The notes under the pieces are model-generated. The model ran no database searches and had not been told where the DNA came from. It saw nothing but the letters and a program-made list of their open reading frames with translations. DNA of 64,000 nucleotides from a virus (taxonomy: Duplodnaviria; Caudoviricetes): the IMG/VR virus record IMGVR_UViG_3300035698_017721, positions 1,175 to 65,174 of that record. One strand, given 5' to 3'. The position numbers and the translations under genes are program-made. This document shows positions 1 to 9,374 of this stretch, piece by piece; within the stretch, counting starts at the first letter, position 1; every line of letters begins with the position of its first letter.

Positions 1-767
1 CGTTTCATCTCAGGTTTAGCATTCAACAAGTAGTTGTGATAACCTGCAGCACGAACATGAATTGGTGGAGCTTTGGCACATTCAAATTTGTCTGTGTCGT
101 TCAGAATAAACTTAGAGTAGTTATTGATAGATCGACCTTGTGAAAGTGTCTCAGGATCAGCCACACGGAATTCCTCTTTAATTCCTCTTAAGATCTGAGT
201 GAATTCCTTTTTGTCCAAGCTTTTCTTCTTGGTTAGAACATGCTTCATCAGTTCATCTAATTTCTTACGGGCGAACATTGGTGTAGAACTTTGGGCAAGC
301 TCAATACCTTTGTAGACGACCTCAGTTAGTGGATCAATATCGATACCATCTTCCCAGACCTTATCAAGGATGTATTTCTTCTTAGCTAACCATGTACCAG
401 TTGCTGAGATAGTTTCCATCTCAAAATCTTGTTGGTTCTTGGTTTCCCACTTCTTTGCATAAATATCGAATTGCTCCTGAAGATATGGTTTAACTCTAGC
501 CATGTTAATAGCCAGGATAAGTTCCTTAGGTGTTGTAAAGTCAATTCTGTGAGTCTCTCCATCCTTCTCGTACTCGTAATGTTTGCCCTGCCAGTCACAC
601 GAATTAGCAACATCTTCAAATCGGATGTAGCAGGAATTGTGTACTAATATATCATTAGCGATAAATGTATGACTATCATCATACATTTCAAGATCATATA
701 CATAATCATCTTCAAAATAACCTATTTCTTCAACGGATTCTATTTCTTCGTATTTATACGTTCGCAT
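1..767 (-). CDS. polB: DNA polymerase B C-terminal part, preceded by a 44-aa C-intein (IntC); runs off the window start; absent from the ORF track
   Basis: Manual translation from ATG 767: MRTYKYEEIESVEEIGYFEDDYVYDLEMYDDSHTFIANDILVHN|SCYIRFED...WLAKKKYILDK...YKGIELAQSSTP...PIHVRAAGYHN. VYDLE and HN|S are intein blocks F/G; KKKY and KGIE..SSTP are PolB motifs. Confidence 0.93.
   Translation of the reverse strand, partial: MRTYKYEEIESVEEIGYFEDDYVYDLEMYDDSHTFIANDILVHNSCYIRFEDVANSCDWQGKHYEYEKDGETHRIDFTTPKELILAINMARVKPYLQEQFDIYAKKWETKNQQDFEMETISATGTWLAKKKYILDKVWEDGIDIDPLTEVVYKGIELAQSSTPMFARKKLDELMKHVLTKKKSLDKKEFTQILRGIKEEFRVADPETLSQGRSINNYSKFILNDTDKFECAKAPPIHVRAAGYHNYLLNAKPEMK
636..767 (-). mobile_element. 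Split intein, C-terminal half (44 aa, ends His-Asn, +1 residue Ser)
   Basis: VYDLEM..SHTFIANDILVHN followed by SCY extein. Confidence 0.92.
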
Positions 768-1942
768 ATTATATTTTTAAGTGATTCGTTAATGCTACCT
801 GGATCTACTCTATAATCATTCTCCCATATTACAATGGTTTCAATATTATGTTTCGATAATAATGAATCATATCTCCATTTATCCTTTGCCCATAATTGTT
901 CCGATGTCATTTTTTTATTATACACATTAGGTCTATCATTATATTTAAACATAGATGGATTTGCATGAAATATGTCACCATTAAATTCTATACATAATTG
1001 AATACTAGGAATATAAAAATCTAACTTAACATAGGTATTATGTCCTAATTGTTTTCCATATTCACAGTTTTTAGTAGCATAGTATTTTTTTTCATTTGGA
1101 AAAAAATCGTCTAATTTATCGAATAGTACTTGCGATATTTTAGAATATCCGGTATATTTATTATTAAGGTATTGTTTATACTTGTTTTTCCCCTCAGCGC
1201 CATATTTTTTTATAAAATTTTCTAATATTAGTCTCTTTGATTCATTAAGATCCTTATATTTTAATGTACCCTTATTTATACCATATTTTTCTATAAAATA
1301 TTCTATTGAACATCCTGCATATGCTTGTCTCTTGACATACTTATCCCATTTATCCTTCCCTATTTTTTCTCCATGACGTCTTATTAAATTATCTAATGTT
1401 GTTGATCTATCTTTATTATACACAGAAAAATCAGTTACTGACCAACCATATTTTGTTTTTTTATACTCATATGTATTTGTATATGCTTGTCTCTTGACAT
1501 ACTTATCCCATTTATCCTTTCCTATTTTTTCTCCATGACGTCTTATTAAATTATCTAATGTTGTTGATCTATCTTTATTACTTAAATTTTTAGCGGCTAG
1601 CGGAATATTAAACGCAAAACATGTTATTTCCGATGAAACATTAAATATGCGTCCTTTATTCTTTGATATACCATAATCTGAATGTTCTATCATACAATCT
1701 TCACAAACAGATAAATAATATTTTACACCTGCTATCTCCTTATATGTAAATTCGCTTTTTGAGTTTAAATCTTTAACTATTATTTTATTTCTATTAAATT
1801 TAAAAAAACTATTATAATAAAAAATACTATCATTACAAATTCTGCATTTCTTTGCTTTAGGAAAAAAATTAGATTCTATTTCCTTATATAGTTTCTTACA
1901 TTTTCTGTTTCTTTGCGTCTTTATTAGCGTTTGTACATTCAT
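740..1942 (-). CDS. Free-standing homing endonuclease (Vsr/DUF559-like C-terminus) between the split-intein halves
   Basis: 400 aa, very AT-rich, Lys-rich repeats (RRHGEKIGKDKW), C-terminal KLDFYIP..CIEFNGDIFHANP..IVIWEND. Confidence 0.8.
   Translation of the reverse strand: MNVQTLIKTQRNRKCKKLYKEIESNFFPKAKKCRICNDSIFYYNSFFKFNRNKIIVKDLNSKSEFTYKEIAGVKYYLSVCEDCMIEHSDYGISKNKGRIFNVSSEITCFAFNIPLAAKNLSNKDRSTTLDNLIRRHGEKIGKDKWDKYVKRQAYTNTYEYKKTKYGWSVTDFSVYNKDRSTTLDNLIRRHGEKIGKDKWDKYVKRQAYAGCSIEYFIEKYGINKGTLKYKDLNESKRLILENFIKKYGAEGKNKYKQYLNNKYTGYSKISQVLFDKLDDFFPNEKKYYATKNCEYGKQLGHNTYVKLDFYIPSIQLCIEFNGDIFHANPSMFKYNDRPNVYNKKMTSEQLWAKDKWRYDSLLSKHNIETIVIWENDYRVDPGSINESLKNIICERINTKK
1319..1580. repeat. 100-bp near-perfect direct repeat (1319-1418 and 1481-1580) inside the endonuclease gene
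   Basis: Encodes duplicated NKDRSTTLDNLIRRHGEKIGKDKWDKYVKRQAY; one synonymous mismatch seen. Confidence 0.9.
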
Positions 1943-1953
1943 CTGTATACATG

Positions 1954-2322
1954 TTATTTTTCATTATATATACAGACAAGTAAATCTTTTTTTGTATTTA
2001 TTTCAGAAGCTTTGACCTTTATCTTCTTTCCATCTCTAATAACTATTAAAGAATGATCATCCGTTACTATTATTTCCTTGCCACTTTTTGAGCGCATTCT
2101 ATATTTCTTTTTTCGTACTTTGTGTCGTATGATACGTTTAACATTAGACCATTTCACATCACCATCCCAATTCTCTACAGATACATTACCTTCTGGTAGT
2201 AATACTAATTCATTACCCCGTTCATCACTAGTATAGCCATGCTTTGCATACAAATTCCAAAAATCTTCTATTGATATAGCACCAAGTGATTTATCCATTA
2301 TCATCGATGATCGATCTACGGA
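1954..2322 (-). mobile_element. Split intein, N-terminal half (122 aa)
   Basis: Begins SVDRSSMI immediately after YSDTD; block B GKEIIVTDDHSLIV; ends at a stop with no C-terminal HN. Confidence 0.9.
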
Positions 2323-2676
2323 ATCAGTATCCGAGTAGATATTAACTGGTCTAGTAACTTCAGTAACTTTTGTAAGTCCAAGCTTCTCATGTAATTCGGT
2401 ATCTAAGTGCCAGAATCGGTTGAAGTAAGCATTGATCACTCGCTCAGCAAACTTAATAAGATCCTGACCTTGAAGTGTAACAGTCTCAGCAACTTTAGAA
2501 TTGAAACACACCAACCACTTATTACCCATGGCTCCATAGATCGAGTTAATCGTAAGCTTAATTGCTTGCTCCTCGTTCTTCCATTCGTTGGACTGGTACT
2601 TCATTCTAACGAGCTCAGATTCGATCTCTGCTCGAGTGCATGTTGCCAGATCTATGTTTGTGTATTGTAATTCCAT
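1954..2676 (-). CDS. polB: DNA polymerase B middle part (fingers/motif B to YSDTD) fused to N-intein
   Basis: EQAIKLTINSIYGAMGN (motif B), VAETVTLQGQ, IYSDTD, then intein sequence up to the stop. Confidence 0.93.
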   Translation of the reverse strand: MELQYTNIDLATCTRAEIESELVRMKYQSNEWKNEEQAIKLTINSIYGAMGNKWLVCFNSKVAETVTLQGQDLIKFAERVINAYFNRFWHLDTELHEKLGLTKVTEVTRPVNIYSDTDSVDRSSMIMDKSLGAISIEDFWNLYAKHGYTSDERGNELVLLPEGNVSVENWDGDVKWSNVKRIIRHKVRKKKYRMRSKSGKEIIVTDDHSLIVIRDGKKIKVKASEINTKKDLLVCIYNEK

Positions 2677-2691
2677 TCTATTCTTTGTTAA

Positions 2692-2895
2692 TCATTTACC
2701 GCTTATTATTGCAGCTAGTAGTATTCCCAGCAATCCGAAAATTGCCAGCCCTATTGCGAAAGCCCACATCCACCAAAAAGGAAGCGTCACCCAGAACCAA
2801 GACCAATCAATAACATCATTCAGTTTAAGTATCACAAAAAGGATACCTAAAAGGAAAGACACAGAGATTGTTTTGCCTTGATGTCGTCTGCTCAT
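2692..2895 (-). CDS. Small two-TM membrane protein
   Basis: ILFVILKLNDVIDWSWFWVTLPFW hydrophobic motif typical of small phage membrane proteins. Confidence 0.6.
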   Translation of the reverse strand: MSRRHQGKTISVSFLLGILFVILKLNDVIDWSWFWVTLPFWWMWAFAIGLAIFGLLGILLAAIISGK

Positions 2896-3161
2896 GGCTT
2901 CACGATTTGCCAGTGATAAACTGCAATATCAGAATGCCTAGTCATTCGTTTACCAATGCTTTCAACAAGACCTAATTTCTCTAGTTCGTTCCTTCGACCA
3001 GTTACCCGGTTAATGGTCCACTCCAGATATTCAGCGATGTCAACATCACAACAAGTTTTCAATTTCTTGATTGCTCCATAAACATCTCTCCTTTTTTCAG
3101 GAAGGCTCTTGATGATTTTCTTGTAAGCCTTTTTGCTTGTGTCTTTCACGTTAGTTTTCAT
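2892..3161 (-). CDS. Winged-HTH DNA-binding protein
   Basis: DIAEYLEWTINRVTGRRNELEKLGLV. Confidence 0.65.
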   Translation of the reverse strand: MKTNVKDTSKKAYKKIIKSLPEKRRDVYGAIKKLKTCCDVDIAEYLEWTINRVTGRRNELEKLGLVESIGKRMTRHSDIAVYHWQIVKP

Positions 3162-3415
3162 GCGTCTGTTTTTGTGTAGTCGTAATTGTCCTTGATGTGA
3201 TTGATAAAGTACTGACCATGCGAAGTGGCATGAAGCAATCCAAGAAATACCATTTCTGGAACATCTTCAAATGTATACTTGACACCATTTTGAAATGACA
3301 TGTCTAATACACCTGTTCTCTTCGTAGGATCAATGGCAAACTGAGTGCTCTCGATAACTTGAGATTCAAGTTCTGCTCCGTACTTTACTAATTTTGTGTG
3401 TGTTGTTGTACTCAT
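3158..3415 (-). CDS. KTSC-domain protein
   Basis: F.NGVKYTFEDVP...LLHATSHGQYFINHIKDNY. Confidence 0.8.
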   Translation of the reverse strand: MSTTTHTKLVKYGAELESQVIESTQFAIDPTKRTGVLDMSFQNGVKYTFEDVPEMVFLGLLHATSHGQYFINHIKDNYDYTKTDA

Positions 3416-4111
3416 AATAATTGGGTTGGTTTACTTAGGATACCCGTTAGGAATGTCTTACGATGCCACTTGGTAATTCCTGCTTTCTTTATACCCTCGA
3501 TATGGGCCTTTGTTCCATATCCTGCGTTAGTTTCCCAACTATAATCCGGATATTTTTCCGCTAAAACCGTCATGAATTTATCTCGCTCAACTTTGGCAAT
3601 AACAGAGGCCGCAGCAATCGAAGCGAACTTATCATCACCTTTGATAATACACTTGTGAGGTACAGTTTCAAAATCCAAGAAATTTTCACCTTGTCTACCG
3701 TATGATTCAAAATAATTCCCATCAACCAAAACAAATTCAACGATTGACGAAACTGAACCTTCTTCTGCAAACCCAGACCGATCCACAACGCCTATGGCTT
3801 GATGCATGGCCATCATTGTTGCTCGGAGTATATTTTGCTGATCTATAATTTCCGGACTCACCTGGCTCACCGAATAAGACACGGCATTTTCCTTGATATG
3901 CTCAGCAACTTCTTCACGAAGTTTCTTAGACATCTTCTTAGAGTCCCTTAACTTTGGATGGTGATAATCTTTGGGAAGGATAACTGCAGCGGCAACAACT
4001 GGTCCAGCCAGACAACCACGACCAAATTCAGCCCACCTCATCTACACCGACAATAAATTCTAGTTCGGTAAGATGAGGTGGACAACGCTTTAAAAAATTA
4101 GTATCAATCAC
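3412..4111 (-). CDS. rnhB: Ribonuclease HII, interrupted by a 10-nt stop-containing gap in the DExGRG motif
   Basis: 5' part from GTG 4111: VIDTNFLKRCPPHLTELEFIVGVDEVG*; 3' frame: (G)RGCLAGPVVAAAVIL, RDSKK, VDGN, KGD, SIAAASVIAKVERD, GYGT. Confidence 0.88.
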
Positions 4112-4206
4112 ATTTTTTATACGTATATCAGTGTTTTAGTTTCATATATTTTTCCGTATTAACGAACTAGGTATATTTTTTATAGCAGGACCTAGATATA
4201 TACAAT

Positions 4207-5067
4207 ATGAAAGATGTAAAAAGTGGGTATTGTAATTGTGGATGTAATGAAGAAACTAATATTTATAGGGGCAAACCAAGAAAATTTATAGCAGGACATC
4301 AAGCCCGTGGTGCTTGTAATTCGAGATATAATGTCGAATTATCAGAGGAAACCAAGAAAAAAATATCAGATAAGAAAAAAGGAAAATTCATTGGATCTAA
4401 TAATCCGTTTTTTGGAAAAACACATACAAATGAAGTGAAAAAAATCATTAGTGAAAAAAATCAAAACCGAATTCGACATTTATCAGGGCTAACTAAAACA
4501 TGCTTTAACCCTATATGTAATAAACCCTTTTATGTACCATTGTCCCGTGGTAATGCTTCGTATTGTAGTCGAGACTGTAAAGATCAAGATAACGCTAGGA
4601 GATTTTCGGGCGAAAATAATCCGTTTTTTGGTAAATTTCACTCTGATGAAGTTAAAGAAATAATAAGGAATCATACGTTATTACAACGTTCGCAAAATAT
4701 TTTTGGACCTACCAAACCGGAATTACTAATACAGAATTTACTTACCAAGTTAAATATCAAATTTATTACAGAACATCTTATTAAGAATAAATTTTGTGTT
4801 GATATTTTTATACCAGATTATAATCTAATTATATTTATTGATGGTTGTTATTGGCATGCTTGTGAAGAGCATTGCCCAACAGCAAAAAAACCGAAAACTG
4901 ATAATGCTCGTATTCCGTATCTCACAAAGTGTGGATATAACGTAGAAATTATATGGGAACATGATATTACAAAGAATAAAAAATTTCCTGATGCAAAGCC
5001 AGAAAAAATATTAAATGACCTACTTCAAAAATATGTAATAAACACGACTAAATCTGGGTTTAGATAG
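4207..5067 (+). CDS. Homing endonuclease (NUMOD3 repeats + Vsr-like domain)
   Basis: NNPFFGKTHT and NNPFFGKFHS repeats; VDIFIP..IFIDGCYWH..GYNVEIIWEHD. Confidence 0.8.
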   Translation: MKDVKSGYCNCGCNEETNIYRGKPRKFIAGHQARGACNSRYNVELSEETKKKISDKKKGKFIGSNNPFFGKTHTNEVKKIISEKNQNRIRHLSGLTKTCFNPICNKPFYVPLSRGNASYCSRDCKDQDNARRFSGENNPFFGKFHSDEVKEIIRNHTLLQRSQNIFGPTKPELLIQNLLTKLNIKFITEHLIKNKFCVDIFIPDYNLIIFIDGCYWHACEEHCPTAKKPKTDNARIPYLTKCGYNVEIIWEHDITKNKKFPDAKPEKILNDLLQKYVINTTKSGFR

Positions 5068-5077
5068 GCTGGTAAAC

Positions 5078-5803
5078 TCATTGTGGGAAGCGATGAACAT
5101 TACCATCTGATACGCCTTCTTGATTTGAAAAATATCTTGATACGTTAATTGCCGTTGCATTACCTTGAATCACATCAGCAGCATTTACACGGACCTGTAT
5201 GTCACCTAATAATGGTACAGACTCATCAGCAGAAATAACCGGAACTGATCCATAAATAAAATCAAGAATAGTATCAAGTTTTTCTTCTAATCCTTCCAGG
5301 ATTTGTGGCCTGACAATGCTCTTCCATTCTTCTTTAGATCGGTGAACATAATTTTGAAGTTCGCCTTTAGCTGTGAGCAACGTAACAGCTTTCTTAGCAT
5401 ACAACTCTGCACTATCCATTGATAAAATAATAGACTGCACAGATCTCATATCATTAACCGGGATAACACTAGGTAAAATGTGTGACCCAGTTTTTGGCAT
5501 ACTTCTACTTGGATAAAACCTTAGCATACCAAATTTGATCTGCATAAATCTGATCGGTCCTTCTCTATCTGGATTTGGAATCATGTTCGCCAGATTTCCG
5601 ATCACATATTTCTCGAGCATATTACCATCCTCATCCATCGGGTGAAAATCCGTATAAGACTGAGATAACCACGGGCAATCATACATTTCTTCCAGGACAG
5701 GAGAAAACTTATCTAGCTCTTCTTTTTCAGCTATGATCTTGATGCCCATACTAGCATCCCAGTCACCATAAATTTCAATGGCCTTTTTGTATAATCTATC
5801 CAT
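5078..5803 (-). CDS. Hypothetical protein
   Basis: 241-aa ORF co-oriented with its neighbours. Confidence 0.6.
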   Translation of the reverse strand: MDRLYKKAIEIYGDWDASMGIKIIAEKEELDKFSPVLEEMYDCPWLSQSYTDFHPMDEDGNMLEKYVIGNLANMIPNPDREGPIRFMQIKFGMLRFYPSRSMPKTGSHILPSVIPVNDMRSVQSIILSMDSAELYAKKAVTLLTAKGELQNYVHRSKEEWKSIVRPQILEGLEEKLDTILDFIYGSVPVISADESVPLLGDIQVRVNAADVIQGNATAINVSRYFSNQEGVSDGNVHRFPQ

Positions 5804-5968
5804 AACTTAATACTATTGTGGCTAAAATTATCGAGGACGCAACCAATACGGTCACTACTGTTGACAACAATAAAGCTTGACGACTTTCCAGAGTTTCAAC
5901 ACGATCAACTAATCTGTTGAACTTCTCTGGGAATTCCGTTGTAGTTTCAAACTCTTCAATCTTGTTGC

Positions 5969-6736
5969 TCATTCGATTCTTCCTACTATGATTAGTGTAT
6001 CAGACTCTTGAGACTTAACAAGCATCCTAGAATCACCCAACAAGAATGTTGAGATCTCAGGCTCGATCAATACAAAGTGTTCGTTGTAGAATGTGAATTC
6101 TGCTGTGGTACCTGTTTGACCATCCCCAACCTGATAATCGAAAGACTTACCTTTCATCATGATCTTGCTATCTGCAACATTCATCTGGAGAAAATCCTTT
6201 GCAGTATCCAATGAGCAAAGACTATTCACTCTGGCGAATGCCTCTTTTGGGAATGGAAATTCTGCTTTCTTCTCAGCTTGTACTGATTCAATCAGTTTCT
6301 TCAACATCTCACCAGAAACATACTGGAAGAATGTGGTATCTGCTGTGAATATTTTGATCTTCAGTGTTGGGCTCTGGAACAACAATTCCGTTGCGATCGC
6401 TTCACCACCAACATTTTCATACTTCACATTCATGAAGATCTCATCTGCTTCACTGAAATGGTTGAAAACATTGATTACCTTCTTGATCTCGTGTATTCCG
6501 ACCTTGATCATATCTACCGGCATACTGCCTTCTAATACATCGACCATCGGCATCTTGGAATACTTAATCACTGATCTATCGACCGAGTGACTTTTAGCTT
6601 TAATGTTATCTTGATGGATCTCTAATAAAAGACCATCTCGAATTCCGCTAAACCGTTTAAGAAATGCGATGAAATTTTCGGGGCTCTTAATTTTAAGCTT
6701 TGCCGCCGTTGGAGTTTTCGTTGTTAATGTTGCCAT
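5969..6736 (-). CDS. Probable DNA polymerase sliding clamp (gp45-like)
   Basis: 255 aa; VGIHEIKKVINVFNHF resembles gp45 GIYDL.EFL; replication context. Confidence 0.55.
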   Translation of the reverse strand: MATLTTKTPTAAKLKIKSPENFIAFLKRFSGIRDGLLLEIHQDNIKAKSHSVDRSVIKYSKMPMVDVLEGSMPVDMIKVGIHEIKKVINVFNHFSEADEIFMNVKYENVGGEAIATELLFQSPTLKIKIFTADTTFFQYVSGEMLKKLIESVQAEKKAEFPFPKEAFARVNSLCSLDTAKDFLQMNVADSKIMMKGKSFDYQVGDGQTGTTAEFTFYNEHFVLIEPEISTFLLGDSRMLVKSQESDTLIIVGRIE

Positions 6737-6829
6737 ATCTATAGTGTTTTCTTTTACTATAGACTATATGTAAAAAGGGCCCCATTGTTCCCAATGAAGC
6801 CCTCGTTATTTCCGTAATATTTGCTTAAC

Positions 6830-7189
6830 TCACTTGCTCGTTTTTGTTCGGACAATGAATTCCTCAATGAATGTTTGCCGTTCCAAATTCAAAGCCAGGT
6901 GACGTTCGGCTTTTACTTTTTCTTTCGGATCATCTTCTGTCCATACAATAACTTCACGATTATTCTTAATCGCTCCAACCAAACGCTTCTGTTCCTTTCT
7001 AGCAAGGTGTTTGACCATCTTAATGTTCTCCTTATATTCCTTCTTGGAAGTATACGGCTCTATCTCCCTATCTCCTCCACCAACTTCAACTTTGACTTTC
7101 TCCTTTATCAGATCATAAGTCCAGTAAGTATATTGATCGAAATGTCCTGTGTTGGAGGAATAGGTTAACGGGTAACTTTTCATTTTCAT
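6830..7189 (-). CDS. Hypothetical protein
   Basis: ORF in the minus-strand run. Confidence 0.5.
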   Translation of the reverse strand: MKMKSYPLTYSSNTGHFDQYTYWTYDLIKEKVKVEVGGGDREIEPYTSKKEYKENIKMVKHLARKEQKRLVGAIKNNREVIVWTEDDPKEKVKAERHLALNLERQTFIEEFIVRTKTSK

Positions 7190-7196
7190 TTTTTTA

Positions 7197-7901
7197 TCAT
7201 TTGAAATAACCCTTTCTTTTAAAACTTGCGAATAATCGTTTCTCTGCTTCTTTCTTCGTATCTACTGGAGATTGGCTTCCTTCTAAACAAAAGAATTCAC
7301 ACCTCTTGTCCCATGTAAATCTACCATCATAATCACGATCGGGCATCGTCTTCTCTTTGGTGACCCAATAAAGATAATCCGTTCCACCAGAAATCGCGTT
7401 TTCAGATTCTACCATGAATATATCTTCCTTAGTACAACCTTCATATACTTGAAGTTTGTTTGCTTTTCGTTGATCTACAAACTTATCAAGAATACGATTA
7501 GATTGACCAACATGATCACGTGTGACTTCATCAGTCATATCTTGGATCTTATTGGTATTGAAGAACGATATGAAGACGGTAAACTTGTTCCAGGTGAGAC
7601 TCCAGATTACCCAACCTTCCGGTAAGTCAAACTGTATTGCTGTTGGTTCGTACGATGGAATACCTTTCTTAAGAAAAAAAGATTGATTTGGTTCTAAATA
7701 AACCATTCGACTATCTACATCGTCCAATCCAAATCCTTTGGCCAATGCATCACCATTCTTGGTTTTCAGTTCTAACGCAACATTGAGATGTGTATAGCTT
7801 GAATTAACGAGTTTGGCAGATAAACCGCTCAACTCCGGTGCACCTTGTTTGATTACCTTGAATGGTAACTTCTTATACTCCATGTCTTCAAAAGTAAGCA
7901 T
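7197..7901 (-). CDS. Hypothetical protein
   Basis: 234-aa ORF abutting the upstream gene. Confidence 0.55.
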   Translation of the reverse strand: MLTFEDMEYKKLPFKVIKQGAPELSGLSAKLVNSSYTHLNVALELKTKNGDALAKGFGLDDVDSRMVYLEPNQSFFLKKGIPSYEPTAIQFDLPEGWVIWSLTWNKFTVFISFFNTNKIQDMTDEVTRDHVGQSNRILDKFVDQRKANKLQVYEGCTKEDIFMVESENAISGGTDYLYWVTKEKTMPDRDYDGRFTWDKRCEFFCLEGSQSPVDTKKEAEKRLFASFKRKGYFK

Positions 7902-8537
7902 TTAAAGTCTCGTTGTATGATGATCAAACAAAACAACCTCTCTTTTATCCATGATTGCTTTGATCTCATCAAAGTGATAAGGTCTGAATTCTGGATGAGT
8001 ATCTATCCCAATGTCCATCGTCTTACGAGAAAAGTATAGAACGTCCAATGCTGCTTTGAACTTCGGATCGTCACACTTGTTCAATGAATCATGACAATGA
8101 CCGTGTAAATGCCAAACACCGTGATGATGATTGTCCCACACTAGTTCTGGAAAGTGATTGAATACTATAGGTTGACCTAGAATCTTTTTGTATCCCTTAC
8201 TCTTAACTCCATTAAATAGAGGTCTTAGAGGGCTTGTACTGGATTCAAGATAATGATCGTGATTTCCTGTGAATACCCAAATGTTTTTACAATTGACTCG
8301 TTCACGAAATTCTATGATGTTCTTCTCCTTGTGACCAAATGCAATATCACCTCCATGATAAAAGTGATCATTAGGTTTCACCACCTTATTGATATTCTCA
8401 ATGATGGTATCATTCATCTCTTCAAGTGTATCGAAATCTCGGCACATGGTTTTATCGTCCCATGTACTTATTCCTCGAACAAGATTAGCGTGTCCATAAT
8501 GAGTATCGGCACCGATCCATACATCTACGTTATTCAT
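7902..8537 (-). CDS. Calcineurin-like metallophosphoesterase
   Basis: DTHYGH, GGD, GNHD, HLHGHCH motifs. Confidence 0.88.
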   Translation of the reverse strand: MNNVDVWIGADTHYGHANLVRGISTWDDKTMCRDFDTLEEMNDTIIENINKVVKPNDHFYHGGDIAFGHKEKNIIEFRERVNCKNIWVFTGNHDHYLESSTSPLRPLFNGVKSKGYKKILGQPIVFNHFPELVWDNHHHGVWHLHGHCHDSLNKCDDPKFKAALDVLYFSRKTMDIGIDTHPEFRPYHFDEIKAIMDKREVVLFDHHTTRL

Positions 8538-9374
8538 CGTATTTGTGTAGAATAAATGAATGTTTTATCAATCGAATATCCTTTGTTTAGTTCTTTTTTA
8601 AATACACTTTGCATATAATTGGATAACTCATTTTTTCCCGTCTTAATTACGGTTTCAATGCTTTCACTGTTCTTAACAGCTACGTGCCCAAAGAATTTTG
8701 ATAGTCTTCCTGTTGGGGTTCTTAACCAACAAATAACCATTGCTGCATTTTTATGATAACTCTGGTTTTCTCTATCGAAATTTGAGTTCATAATTGGCGA
8801 ATACAAGTATGGATTTGGATAACCGCTCGGTATGTTTCGTTCTGTTTTCATTAGTTTGAGATGTCAAACAATAAACAATTAACAATTGGATTTCTTTTTC
8901 TTTTTGGTAGATGTAGATTTTACTAAACCTGCCTTTACGTTGGCAAATTCTCCACCATATTCCGCACTTCCGTTTAGATCATAAGCATATCCATCGTTAC
9001 AAAGAATTACGACGTCCATCTCTCCAGATGGATCTAGCTCTTGAAGTCTTTTTATTATATCTCCTGATTCCATGACGTAAAGATAAGAATAACTTATGAC
9101 AAATAAAAATCAATCCATCGGTTGATCCAATTCATATCGTTCATCATCACCAGGCCACCAATTACAATGGCAAGTGAATTCGCCTCTATGATTAACCCGG
9201 TACAAGTTATTCTGAATCACATCAGAGAATAGTTTACGATCAACTTGTAGGTATTCACCAGTCACAACGGACCAGTTACCATTATCATCTCGCTGGGGTT
9301 CGTCAGTGTAAAGCGTTAACCGATTACCCTTCCAATTTATAGCAAGCCACGTCCATCTAGAATTCAAATTCACA

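Noticed and set aside
740-1942. Group I intron interrupting the polymerase
   Set aside because: The flanks are intein halves with their own stop and start, and there is no room for intron core RNA.
4021-4041. RNase HII start at ATG 4041 (MRWAEF) as given in the ORF track
   Set aside because: It omits the first catalytic Asp; the true N-terminus (GVDEVG) is upstream in another frame.
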